A stretch of DNA of 64,000 nt, taken from positions 6,208 through 70,207 of IMG/VR virus record IMGVR_UViG_3300036833_000303. One strand, written 5' to 3'. The number at the start of each line of letters is the position of its first letter. Positions within the stretch are counted from its first letter, which is position 1. The stretch comes from a virus. Lineage: Duplodnaviria > Caudoviricetes. Positions 16,860 through 25,578 of the stretch are shown here, piece after piece. The position numbers and the translations under genes are program-made. The notes beneath the pieces are model-generated. The model was not told the DNA's origin. It saw nothing but the letters and a program-made list of their open reading frames with translations, and did no database searches.

Positions 16860-17120
16860 GGCACTCATTTTTTGGCGTGTCGCCTCGGAATGTGTCCTCC
16901 GACGCCCGGCGGCAATGAGTTTTTGACGGGTCGCCTCGGAATGCTTTTTGCCGAGACGCGCAACGGACATCGTCTGACAATGCTCTTCGGATAGCTTTTT
17001 GCCGAGATGCGCAGCGGACATCTTTGCACGCGCCACCTCGGAATGCGTCCTGCCGCGGCTGGCAGTAGGCGTTTGCGTTGATTGCGCTCCGGTCCTTTGT
17101 CGGGGTGTTCCTGGATGCAT
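16797..17120 (-). CDS. NUMOD3-repeat protein (degenerate homing endonuclease, no nuclease domain seen)
   Basis: HSEVARAKMSAAHLGKKLSEEH...HSEATRQKL...HSEATRQKMS. Confidence 0.6.
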   Translation of the reverse strand: MHPGTPRQRTGAQSTQTPTASRGRTHSEVARAKMSAAHLGKKLSEEHCQTMSVARLGKKHSEATRQKLIAAGRRRTHSEATRQKMSASRRAFLERGPSGIALLAKGG

Positions 17121-17133
17121 TTCTCGCACGCGT

Positions 17134-17189
17134 AGTGTAAGCAATGCCACGCTGCAGATCCTGATAATTCCGGCCAAAAACTTGATAAT
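17134..17189 (-). promoter_or_regulatory. 56-bp repeated promoter-like element, copy A
   Basis: 44/56 identical without gaps to 33298-33353; ATYATCAR direct repeats 21 bp apart; TACACT -10. Confidence 0.55.
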
Positions 17190-17206
17190 GGAGGCCGTGA
17201 GCGACA

Positions 17207-18727
17207 ATGCAATTCTACACGATCGAGCAGATAGGGCCAAGCCGCAGCCTGACACCAGAAGGATTTTTGTTGTGTAAGTCGGTCCCAGTCGCGCGGACAG
17301 GATTGCAACTCTACGGACCTGGCGAAACCCCAATACAAATGGGTGCTGCCGACGTCGTGCGCATCGAGCGCGATCCGGAAGAGGTCTTTCGCGACGAAAC
17401 CGTCGCCAGCATTAATGGCAAACCGATCGTCAACGATCATCCGACTGATGCCGATGGTCAGCGCACCGATGTGACGCCAAAAAACTGGCGCGATCTCGCA
17501 GTCGGCCACGCCATGAATGCGCGCCGCGGCGACGCTGAATTCGACAACTTCCTGATCGCCGATCTATTGATTACTGACCAGGACGCCATCGATCTGATTC
17601 AGAGCGGCAAGCGCCAAATATCCGTCGGCTATGACGCCGATTATGACGAGATCGAGCCCGGTCACGGCCGACAGAAGAATATCATCGCCAATCATCTTGC
17701 GATAGTCGACGCCGCTAGATGCGGCCCGGCCTGCGCGATCGGCGACAGCATTCCACCTGAAACAGAGGAGGCACCCATGCCCAGCGTATCACTGATGCAG
17801 CGCGTCCGCGACCTGCGTGCCGCCTTCAAGGCCGGCGACAAGAAAGCCTTCGACGAAGCCTTGGGCGAGACCGAAGGCGCAGCAATGGACAATGAAGAGG
17901 AAGGCAAGGAGAACGGCGGCGTCCACGTCCACCTGCACCAGCCCAACGGCAAGGCCAACGGCGAAGACCAGGGCGGCACCACGCTCGACCCGGACCAGCT
18001 GAAGACGGCGGTCGAGACGATCCACGCGCTCGAGGAGCGGATGATCGCTCAGGGCCAGGAAAACGACGAGATGTGGGACGCGCTGGATTCGATCGCCGGC
18101 GGCGGCGGGATGCGCGATGCCTGGCCGCACCGCGACGCGCGCCGGGCTCGCGACGGCCGCGGGCGCGACCAGAAAGAGGACAAGGACGACAAAGACGATA
18201 ACGAAACCGACGACGCGCGCAGCCGCGACCAGGAAGGCAACAAGAAAATCTTGCCCGGCTTTGAGATGGAAGTGCCGCCGGGCGCCACCGACGCGCTGCG
18301 CAAGGCGCGCGATTCGGCGCTCCTCGAGGACAGCTTCAGCCAGACCATCGCACTCGCCGAGATCCTGGTGCCGGGCATTCGGCTGCCGACCTTCGACCGC
18401 GCCGCACGCCCCCGCAAGACGTTCGACGCGCTGTGCGCCTTCCGCGGCAAGGTGCTCGACCTGGCCTACGCCCAGCCCGATGGCCGCGACCTGATCGACG
18501 AGGTCACCGGCAGCCGCTTTACCTCGGCGCGCGCCATGACGTGCGAGCGAATGCGCGACGTCTTCTTCTCGGTGGGCGCGCTCAAGAAGCGCCTCAACAA
18601 CAGCGGCGGCGGCACCGCAGACCAGCAGCTCCAGTTCGGCGGCACAGCACCACCGACCGGACCGATCCAGACCCTGGCCGATCTGCAGAAGTCGCTCGAC
18701 GCGCATTACGCCGCCGCTAAGCATTAA
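17207..18727 (+). CDS. Head maturation protease/scaffold (DUF2213)
   Basis: TPEGFLLCKSVPVARTG...ISVGYDADY...NHLAIVDAARCGPACAIGDS. Confidence 0.85.
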   Translation: MQFYTIEQIGPSRSLTPEGFLLCKSVPVARTGLQLYGPGETPIQMGAADVVRIERDPEEVFRDETVASINGKPIVNDHPTDADGQRTDVTPKNWRDLAVGHAMNARRGDAEFDNFLIADLLITDQDAIDLIQSGKRQISVGYDADYDEIEPGHGRQKNIIANHLAIVDAARCGPACAIGDSIPPETEEAPMPSVSLMQRVRDLRAAFKAGDKKAFDEALGETEGAAMDNEEEGKENGGVHVHLHQPNGKANGEDQGGTTLDPDQLKTAVETIHALEERMIAQGQENDEMWDALDSIAGGGGMRDAWPHRDARRARDGRGRDQKEDKDDKDDNETDDARSRDQEGNKKILPGFEMEVPPGATDALRKARDSALLEDSFSQTIALAEILVPGIRLPTFDRAARPRKTFDALCAFRGKVLDLAYAQPDGRDLIDEVTGSRFTSARAMTCERMRDVFFSVGALKKRLNNSGGGTADQQLQFGGTAPPTGPIQTLADLQKSLDAHYAAAKH

Positions 18728-18748
18728 ACTCAATTTGACTTCCGCCGC

Positions 18749-18772
18749 AGCGGCCTTCGGGGCCGCTTTTTT
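18749..18772 (+). terminator. Rho-independent terminator
   Basis: AGCGGCC-ttcgg-GGCCGCT followed by TTTTT. Confidence 0.75.
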
Positions 18773-18794
18773 AATGCCTGAAAGGAGGCCGTAA

Positions 18795-19319
18795 ATGGTT
18801 GCGTTTCCTTACCGAATGGGCGCGGGGTTTGCGGGCTCCGTGTCTCGCATGCATCCCAGCGCCACGATCGAGCCGGCGCTGGCCAACGTGGCCCTCCCGC
18901 CGACCGGCTACGGCCAGGCGGCCATGGTCAATGTCGCCGATGGGACGATCCGCGCTATGGCGGCAGGCGACACCACGGTGACCGACGTATATGGAATCAC
19001 CGTCCGCCCGTTCCCGTTCCAGCAGTCCGTGACCGGACCCGGCAGCGTCTACGGCTCGACGGGGTTCGGCACGACGGCACCGCCGCCGGGCGAGATCGAC
19101 ATCCTTCGCCAGGGCTACATCATGGTGCCGGTCAACGGTGCCACGGTCAAAGGCGGTGCCGTCTTTGTCTGGGTCGCCGCCACTGCGGCACCGCATGTCC
19201 AGGGCGGGTTCGAAGCCGCCGCGACCGCGGGCAGCACCGCCGCCCTCAGCAGCTTGAAGACCACCTTCAATGGCACGCCCGACGCCAATGGCTTGGTCGA
19301 GCTCGCTTACAACGTCTAG
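18795..19319 (+). CDS. Head decoration/cement protein
   Basis: Lies between protease and capsid genes; MVAFPYRMGAGFAGSVSR...PFPFQ...ILRQGYIMV. Confidence 0.78.
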   Translation: MVAFPYRMGAGFAGSVSRMHPSATIEPALANVALPPTGYGQAAMVNVADGTIRAMAAGDTTVTDVYGITVRPFPFQQSVTGPGSVYGSTGFGTTAPPPGEIDILRQGYIMVPVNGATVKGGAVFVWVAATAAPHVQGGFEAAATAGSTAALSSLKTTFNGTPDANGLVELAYNV

Positions 19320-19336
19320 CCAAAAGGGGAGAGGCC

Positions 19337-20521
19337 ATGCCTTTCGACGGCACTGCACTTCTGAAGTCGTCCAGCGCGCTGTCGGCGCCGGCGATCATTC
19401 ACCGTGGCCGCTGGCGCACCCATGACCAGCTGCAGACCTACGACAGCCAGCGGACCTACGACGCCGGCGGCAATCATCTCGGCCGCTCCTTCGGCCAGAG
19501 CTACCGCAGCTGGGACGGCAAATACTACGACTCGAGCGGCGCGTTCCTCTTGGGCGAGCTGGTTCGCCTCGACCAGACCACGCACCTGCCGCTGGCCAGC
19601 GTCTCGTGGGGCCGCGACATCGATCTGCGCCAGGACGTGACCGTCGCCGACGACGCCACCTCGTGGACGCTCTCGACCTTTGGCTCGCCCGGCGGCTTGG
19701 GCATGAGCAACGCGATCACCGGCGGCAAGGCGTGGATCGGCAAGGCGACCACCGAGATCGCCTCGGTCGATGTCGACATCGCATTACAGACCAAGCCGTT
19801 ACGGCCCTACGCGCTCGAGGTCAAGTACACCGTGTTTGAATTAGAGAGTGCATTGCGGCTCGGTAGGCCTATCGACGCGCAGCGTTATGAGGGTCTACGA
19901 ATGAAGCACCAGATGGATATTGACGCTCAAGTATACGCAGGTGATAGCGATACGGGTGATCGTGGGTTAGTCAATCAACCTCTATTTTCAGCGCCGAATA
20001 ATACACCCGGCGCCGGGACCATCACGAATCTGCCAACGGGAAACTGGATGGCGGGGGCGACGACGCCGGCCATGATCCTCGCCGACTTCAACTTCGCGCT
20101 CACCACGACGTGGCAGGCCGCCGCCTGGGCAGTGGTGCCATCGCGCGTCCTGATACCGCCCGCCCAGTACGGTGCAATCGCCACGCAACTGGTGTCGACT
20201 GCTGGCACCACCAGCATTCTTCGCTACGTCGAGGAGAACAATGTTCTGGCGCGCTCGGGCCAAGGCAAGCTCGAAATCTATCCGTCAAAATGGTGCGTCG
20301 GGGCCGGCGCCGGCGGCACCATCGGCACAGCCGGACCGGGCACCACCGACCGCATGGTGGTGTACACGAAATCGCCCCAATACCTCCGCTACCCGATGAC
20401 GTTACTTGCGAGGACGCCGCTTCAGTATGACGGCATCTGGCAAAAAAGCGCCTATTATAGTAAACTCGGAGTATTAGAGGTGATATATCCTGAGACAATT
20501 GCTTATTATGACAGGGTATGA
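19337..20521 (+). CDS. Major capsid protein (DUF2184-like)
   Basis: FLLGELVRLD...EVKYTVFELESA...PIDAQR...RYVEEN...GVLEVIYPETIAYYD. Confidence 0.9.
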   Translation: MPFDGTALLKSSSALSAPAIIHRGRWRTHDQLQTYDSQRTYDAGGNHLGRSFGQSYRSWDGKYYDSSGAFLLGELVRLDQTTHLPLASVSWGRDIDLRQDVTVADDATSWTLSTFGSPGGLGMSNAITGGKAWIGKATTEIASVDVDIALQTKPLRPYALEVKYTVFELESALRLGRPIDAQRYEGLRMKHQMDIDAQVYAGDSDTGDRGLVNQPLFSAPNNTPGAGTITNLPTGNWMAGATTPAMILADFNFALTTTWQAAAWAVVPSRVLIPPAQYGAIATQLVSTAGTTSILRYVEENNVLARSGQGKLEIYPSKWCVGAGAGGTIGTAGPGTTDRMVVYTKSPQYLRYPMTLLARTPLQYDGIWQKSAYYSKLGVLEVIYPETIAYYDRV

Positions 20522-20560
20522 TGCATAAACTCTTCCATTGTGCGCGGGAGATGATTTCGA

Positions 20561-20842
20561 TCATGGCTTTGCCCCCTGGCTGAGCCCCTGGGGCTGGTCG
20601 AGGTGGACGACGATGGGCTGGTCGATGTGGACGGTGAGGATCTGCGGTTTGGGCGGATACACCAGGTCGACGAGATGGCCGGCTACGACGATCGCTGCCA
20701 GCGCCAGCGCGATCATCGCCACCGCGCGTGGCGTCTCCCAGCGCGCCTGTCGGCGGACCTGGTCGATTTGCGCGTGCAGCAGCGCCCACTTGGCGCGCTC
20801 CTGCTCCTCGGGGGTCGGTTGTGGTATTTGGGTGGTAGCCAT
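20561..20842 (-). CDS. Small coiled-coil/TM membrane protein (antisense moron)
   Basis: EEQERAKWALLHAQIDQ...AVAMIALALAAIVVAG...PQILTVHIDQP; resembles 8833-9096. Confidence 0.62.
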   Translation of the reverse strand: MATTQIPQPTPEEQERAKWALLHAQIDQVRRQARWETPRAVAMIALALAAIVVAGHLVDLVYPPKPQILTVHIDQPIVVHLDQPQGLSQGAKP

Positions 20843-20877
20843 GGTCGAGGTCACCTCTCGATGGTGGTCAGGGGCAT

Positions 20878-20920
20878 CGGGCGGTCGTGGAATCCCGTCC
20901 GGTGCTCCGCTGATATAGGC
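20878..20920 (-). promoter_or_regulatory. Divergent promoter(-10)-hairpin leader
   Basis: gccTATATC followed by a 7-bp stem whose loop (cgtggaatc on +) is the cassette loop in reverse orientation. Confidence 0.4.
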
Positions 20921-20938
20921 ACGGAAAGGACGGGAACC

Positions 20939-21274
20939 ATGGCCCAAACACCTCATCGCCCGCCATCGCGAGGCGGCAACGGCGAGCCCGCGAAAGACCC
21001 GGAGGTGGCGGCCCGCGAGGAGCGCGCGGCGCGCGATGAGGCTGAGGCGGCGACCGCGCACTTGCCGACGGTCGGTCAGCCGCGGCAGCCGCCGATGACA
21101 CCCGAGGAGGCCGCACCCGACGAGCCGACGGTCAAGATGAACTTCCCGCATCCGGTGGTCCTGACGCTAGAGGGCTACCGCATGGTGCGCTTCGAAGAGG
21201 GCGTGCAGGACGTGCCGGAGAGCCTGGCCGCACACCCTTATCTCGAAGCCAACGGCGCTACGCGGGTGCGCTGA
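20939..21274 (+). CDS. Small virion-associated protein
   Basis: GAAAGGA RBS; C-terminus FEEGVQDVPESLAAHPYLEANG, typical after this capsid family. Confidence 0.65.
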   Translation: MAQTPHRPPSRGGNGEPAKDPEVAAREERAARDEAEAATAHLPTVGQPRQPPMTPEEAAPDEPTVKMNFPHPVVLTLEGYRMVRFEEGVQDVPESLAAHPYLEANGATRVR

Positions 21275-21318
21275 GATGGATCAGGAAGCACCAGTTCCGC
21301 TCGATCCCGACTTGCTGA

Positions 21319-22044
21319 TTAGACGAGAAGGGGTCTCGTAGTTGCCGGTGTCTTGGCGGTGCGTTTGCGGCGAACGATGATACTCGCCTTTATGCCCCGA
21401 AGCTGATTGTTGCGACCCCATATGGCTTCGCCAGCGCGATAATGCTCGGTAAAGTGGCAATTTGGGCAAAGCACTTCGTAATTATCGAAAGCGTGGTTTC
21501 GTCGATTTCGATCCTTGTGGTGGATATGAAGCACGGCGGGCTCTTCCTTCCACCCACAGCGCTGACAATAAGGAAAGGCCTCTTTAAAGGTACGCGCCGA
21601 CGTTACATGATTGCCACTCAAAATGCGATTATGTGCCCCTCTGCCCAATACATTGGGCAACCGATATTGCATTCCATCTCGGGCCTTTGGCTTTTTTGTT
21701 CTTTTCATAAGAGCGGTGATGGCGCAAGCACGAGAACAAAAGCGGCGCTTAGTCGCTCCAGCGGTTCGAATATACGACTTACCGCATTGCTCGCAATTGC
21801 GGGTCATGTCTTTGTTGCCTCGGACACCACGGGCTGGACTGCGATTGAAACAACCGATCGAGCAATACCGCGATGGATATGACGGCGTGACTTCGAATGT
21901 CTTAGCGCACTGCGGGCATGTCCTTGTCTCACGCTTACGCCGATGAAGCGCGGCGCGACAGACTGGACTGCATGTCGTGCCTCGGATTGGTCGGCTGCGA
22001 TGATATTCCGCGCCACAATGGGCGCATGTGCCTCTGTGAATCAT
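21319..22044 (-). CDS. HNH homing endonuclease with repeated Zn-ribbons
   Basis: Several CxxC...CSxxC repeats; CQRCGW...LHIHHKDRNRRNHAFDNYEVLCPNCH. Confidence 0.78.
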   Translation of the reverse strand: MIHRGTCAHCGAEYHRSRPIRGTTCSPVCRAALHRRKRETRTCPQCAKTFEVTPSYPSRYCSIGCFNRSPARGVRGNKDMTRNCEQCGKSYIRTAGATKRRFCSRACAITALMKRTKKPKARDGMQYRLPNVLGRGAHNRILSGNHVTSARTFKEAFPYCQRCGWKEEPAVLHIHHKDRNRRNHAFDNYEVLCPNCHFTEHYRAGEAIWGRNNQLRGIKASIIVRRKRTAKTPATTRPLLV

Positions 22045-22058
22045 AGGGGAGAATATAC

Positions 22059-22544
22059 ATGCCTCTAACGGAAAAGGGAAAGTCCATCCTGGGTTCGATG
22101 GAAAAAACCTACCGCGATCCTGAAAAAGCCAAGCAAGTTCTGTATGCTTCAAAAGCAGCCGGGAAAGTCACCGGCATCGACAGCGAGGACACCATGAACG
22201 CGGACCAGACCAAGCCGGAGGATTGCGAGGATGCGTCCACCATGGGCGTCGGCGATCAACCGAGCGACATCGGCGCCGACCCGGGCGTGCCGCCGCCCGA
22301 GTTCAATCATCCACAGCAATTCCCCGGCACCTCGGCGCCACCGGAGAAGGCCACCGGGGACGTCGGTTTTGGCGCGCGCGACGCGGGTCCCGGCTATGGC
22401 GGCATCGTCGGTGGCGCGATCGAGCAGAACTGGGGCGACCAGATGCCGGGCGGCATGAGCCTCGACCAGATCCAGGCCGAGAATCAGCGTTATTGGGACC
22501 AGTGGGCACCGCTGCCGGTGACCGGGGCGGTGCGCACAACGTGA
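22059..22544 (+). CDS. Hypothetical protein
   Basis: GGGGAG RBS; MPLTEKGKSILGSMEKTY...VLYASKAAGKVTG. Confidence 0.58.
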   Translation: MPLTEKGKSILGSMEKTYRDPEKAKQVLYASKAAGKVTGIDSEDTMNADQTKPEDCEDASTMGVGDQPSDIGADPGVPPPEFNHPQQFPGTSAPPEKATGDVGFGARDAGPGYGGIVGGAIEQNWGDQMPGGMSLDQIQAENQRYWDQWAPLPVTGAVRTT

Positions 22545-22562
22545 CAATCGAAGGAATGACAC

Positions 22563-22652
22563 ATGAGTGAGACGCACGAGCCTGAACCGGTAGAAGAGCC
22601 CGAGAAGGACGACGAGCCCGAGAAGGACGACGAGGACGAGGACGCCGCGTGA
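22563..22652 (+). CDS. Acidic micropeptide (29 aa)
   Basis: GAAGGA RBS; MSETHEPEPVEEPEKDDEPEKDDEDEDAA; GTGA-coupled to the next gene. Confidence 0.4.
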   Translation: MSETHEPEPVEEPEKDDEPEKDDEDEDAA

Positions 22653-23128
22653 GCAACGGCAACGGCTGCACGCCGCTGACGCCGGTGACTTTCCGGGCGA
22701 TGTTCCCGGCGTTCGACCCAACGATCTATCCCGACGCGACGGTGCAGATCTGGCTCGACCTCGGCCAGAACTTTGTCGACTGCTGTCTGTGGGGCAATCT
22801 CTATCAGTTCGGCCAGGGGCTGTGGGCCGCGCACGAGCTCGCCAAGATGCAGATCGCCGCGACCGCCGCAGCCGGCGGCAACCCCAGCGGCATCTCGGGC
22901 ATCATGAATTCGAAGTCGGTGGGTCCGGTCAGCGTCGGCTACGACACCTCGATCGGCACCGAGCCCGACGCCGGCCAGTACAACCTGACGATCTACGGCC
23001 GGCAGTACATCCACTTCGCGCGGCTGATGGGCATCGGCCCGATCCAGGTGGGTGCTGCGTCCGACCCGCCGCCGTTCTCGGGGCCGGCATGGCCGGGGCC
23101 GCCCCCGTGGCCAGGCTGGTTCGGTTAG
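22649..23128 (+). CDS. Head-tail adaptor (DUF4054)
   Basis: FRAMFPAF...WAAHEL...SKSVGPVSVGYD...YNLTIYGRQY. Confidence 0.82.
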   Translation: MSNGNGCTPLTPVTFRAMFPAFDPTIYPDATVQIWLDLGQNFVDCCLWGNLYQFGQGLWAAHELAKMQIAATAAAGGNPSGISGIMNSKSVGPVSVGYDTSIGTEPDAGQYNLTIYGRQYIHFARLMGIGPIQVGAASDPPPFSGPAWPGPPPWPGWFG

Positions 23129-23140
23129 GAGGGATAGCGG

Positions 23141-23356
23141 GTGATCACGATCCCTGAAGAGTTATGCGCGGACCTGATCGGTCACCTCGAGCTGGTCGCG
23201 CGCGGCGGGCTGCCGAGCCCGGAGCGCGGCGCCGAATTGCTGCGCCGGCTCAAATTCGCGATCGCGCAGTCGGGCCGCGGGTTCACCCCGACCGAGGCCG
23301 AGCAGCACCCCGAGCTCTACCAGAACGCGCCGCCGCCGCGGGAGCCCGCTGAATAG
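23141..23356 (+). CDS. Hypothetical protein
   Basis: GGAGG RBS + GTG. Confidence 0.5.
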   Translation: MITIPEELCADLIGHLELVARGGLPSPERGAELLRRLKFAIAQSGRGFTPTEAEQHPELYQNAPPPREPAE

Positions 23357-23441
23357 CAAGGTCGAGCCCCGGACGTAGGATTGCCGGTCTCCGGGCGAGA
23401 TGCGCGCCCACGGGCTTCTAAAGAGGTTTCCTCGCGAACTT

Positions 23442-23477
23442 CGGAGCGGCCTGCTTCGCACCGCTCCGGCTTCTTTT
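23442..23477 (+). terminator. Possible terminator hairpin
   Basis: CGGAGCGG/CCGCTCCG stem, then gcttctttt. Confidence 0.35.
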
Positions 23478-23493
23478 CCAAACGGAGGCTGAA

Positions 23494-23715
23494 ATGCAAT
23501 CACAGATGCGTGCGCGGCTGGAAAACGTCGTCGCCTACCACGCTGCGGTGGCCGAGGCGGCGACCGATGAGGAGCAACGCGACCTGCACGAGGAGGTCGC
23601 CCGGCAGCTCCAAGAAGTCCTCGACGCCGATCCGGCGACCAGCGCGATCGACACCGCGATGGCGACACGGACCATCCGGCGCGAGACCCAGATCCCCCGG
23701 CGGCGCGTCCACTGA
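23494..23715 (+). CDS. Hypothetical protein
   Basis: GGAGG RBS. Confidence 0.5.
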   Translation: MQSQMRARLENVVAYHAAVAEAATDEEQRDLHEEVARQLQEVLDADPATSAIDTAMATRTIRRETQIPRRRVH

Positions 23716-23728
23716 AAGGGGGGAGACC

Positions 23729-24241
23729 ATGCCCGACAGCGGCGTCATGGTTCTGGTCGATCACACCAAGCAGCTCGCCGCCGCGCTCAAGGCGCTCGGC
23801 ACCAACAAGGTGCTGGTCGGAATCCCGCAGGAAAATTCCCCAAGACCTGGAAGTCCCATCGGAAACGCGAGTCTTGGCTACATCCACGAGCTCGGTTCGC
23901 CGGCACGCAACATTCCAGCGCGGCCGTTTCTCGTGCCGGGCGTCACCAAATCCAAGGATCAGTGGCTCAAAAAGTTCGAGCAGGCGGCCCACGCCGCGCT
24001 CGCCGGCGAGCCTCTGCTGATGAGGCGGCACCTCGGCGAGGCCGGACAGATCGCCGTCAACGCTGTGACTCAGACGATCAGTGCCGGGATTCCGCCGCCC
24101 TTGCAGCCGGCCACGGTGGCGGCCCGCAGGCAGCGCACACCCGGCAGTCGTTACCGGCGCAAGGCGACGACGGCGGCCGATGTTACGCCATTATTGGACA
24201 CTGGCTCGCTGCTCCGCTCGATTGTCTGGGTGTGGGGCTGA
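23729..24241 (+). CDS. Neck/tail-completion protein
   Basis: VLVGIP...GYIHELGSPARNIPARPFL...PLLDTGSLLRSI. Confidence 0.75.
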   Translation: MPDSGVMVLVDHTKQLAAALKALGTNKVLVGIPQENSPRPGSPIGNASLGYIHELGSPARNIPARPFLVPGVTKSKDQWLKKFEQAAHAALAGEPLLMRRHLGEAGQIAVNAVTQTISAGIPPPLQPATVAARRQRTPGSRYRRKATTAADVTPLLDTGSLLRSIVWVWG

Positions 24242-24244
24242 TCG

Positions 24245-24643
24245 GTGCCTAGCCTCGACGTCAACGAGGCGTTCGACCCCAGCATGCTCGACTCCATCAC
24301 AGTGGTGCGCCGCGCCATCGTCATTGACCAGTACGGGCGCGGGCAGATCACGGATACCCCTATGGCGGCTATGGCGGTGATCGGCGCGGCTTCGCCCGAC
24401 GATTTGCGGCGCTTGCCGGAAGCCGAGATGCAGGAAAAGACGATCGGGCTGTGGACGCCGTTCCGGCTGCAGGGTGCGGCGATGGACGCGATGGGCAACC
24501 AGATGCATCCCGACCAGATCCAGTGGCACGGCGACACCTACATCGTCCGAATACTCGATGATTGGTCGGGCTATGGCCGGGGGTTTGTGTACGCGGTCGC
24601 CACCGCGATCACGGCCACCCCAGTGCCGATGGGCCTTGCCTAG
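24245..24643 (+). CDS. Head closure/stopper protein
   Basis: MPSLDV...DLRRLPE...PDQIQWHGDTY...DWSGYGRGF. Confidence 0.72.
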   Translation: MPSLDVNEAFDPSMLDSITVVRRAIVIDQYGRGQITDTPMAAMAVIGAASPDDLRRLPEAEMQEKTIGLWTPFRLQGAAMDAMGNQMHPDQIQWHGDTYIVRILDDWSGYGRGFVYAVATAITATPVPMGLA

Positions 24644-24717
24644 CTACTACGCGCAACTATGCTCTGCGAAGCCGCTACGCATAGCAGAGGGCTTCGTAGC
24701 TTTAGCGGAGAAGGCTG

Positions 24718-25566
24718 ATGGCGGCAGCGGCGGACAGCGGCGAAGCCGGATTTCTGCTCCCGCGTCAGCCGCCGGCTCCGCTCTTCGACGACGACTGGGA
24801 CGATTTTCTGCATGACTTCTTCGCCGGCATCGTCAGTTTCGATCCGACCTTGGTGCGTCCCCGGTGGGAGCCGGAGCCCGCGCCGCGCCCGGATATCGAC
24901 ACCGACTGGTGCGCCTTTGGCGTGATGTCCACGACCATCGATTTCGATCCGGCAATCGTCCATATCCCCGCGCTGCCGCCGCCGACCGCGGGGAGCACCT
25001 GGGATAATGGCGCATCGTCCTGGGACGCGGGCGCGTCGACCTGGGACGCTGCAGCATCGAGGGCCGCTGCTGGGAGCACCTGGGACAACGGCGCGACGAC
25101 CTGGGATGGCGGTGCGACGGTTTGGGATGCCGCTGCTGCCGACAACGGCTACGACGCGCTGCAGACGCATCAGATCGAGACCATCCTCGTTTCGTTCTAC
25201 GGCCCAAACGGCGACCGGTTCAGCTCCTATCTGCAACGCGGTCTATTCATCGACCAGAACCGGGCGGTGCTGCGCGCCAACAGCGCCGGCCTGGTCGAGG
25301 TCAGCGGCGTGACCCGCACGGCCGAGCTGATCAAGGAGCGGTGGTGGCCGCGCAGCGACATCAACATCATCCTGCGCCGCGAGATCCGCTACGACTACAA
25401 CGTCCGCAACCTGCTGCAGTCGCGGGGCACGATCACCGCGCAGCCGCCGGGTGAAACGCGGCTCGTCGAGGACGATTTCGATACGGGCAGGCAAGCGCCC
25501 GCCGCCGGCAGCACCTGGGATGGCGGCGCGACGACCTGGGACGGCGGCACGACGACCTGGGATTAG
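24718..25566 (+). CDS. Tail terminator/neck protein with inserted TWDxG repeats
   Basis: VRPRW...DWCAFGV...VSFYGPN...GLFIDQNR core plus 7-aa repeats. Confidence 0.72.
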   Translation: MAAAADSGEAGFLLPRQPPAPLFDDDWDDFLHDFFAGIVSFDPTLVRPRWEPEPAPRPDIDTDWCAFGVMSTTIDFDPAIVHIPALPPPTAGSTWDNGASSWDAGASTWDAAASRAAAGSTWDNGATTWDGGATVWDAAAADNGYDALQTHQIETILVSFYGPNGDRFSSYLQRGLFIDQNRAVLRANSAGLVEVSGVTRTAELIKERWWPRSDINIILRREIRYDYNVRNLLQSRGTITAQPPGETRLVEDDFDTGRQAPAAGSTWDGGATTWDGGTTTWD

Positions 25567-25578
25567 GGGGAATCGGAC

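Noticed and set aside
12561-20521. Inteins or introns in terminase, portal or capsid
   Set aside because: Protein lengths are ordinary and there are no splice-junction motifs or in-frame endonuclease domains.
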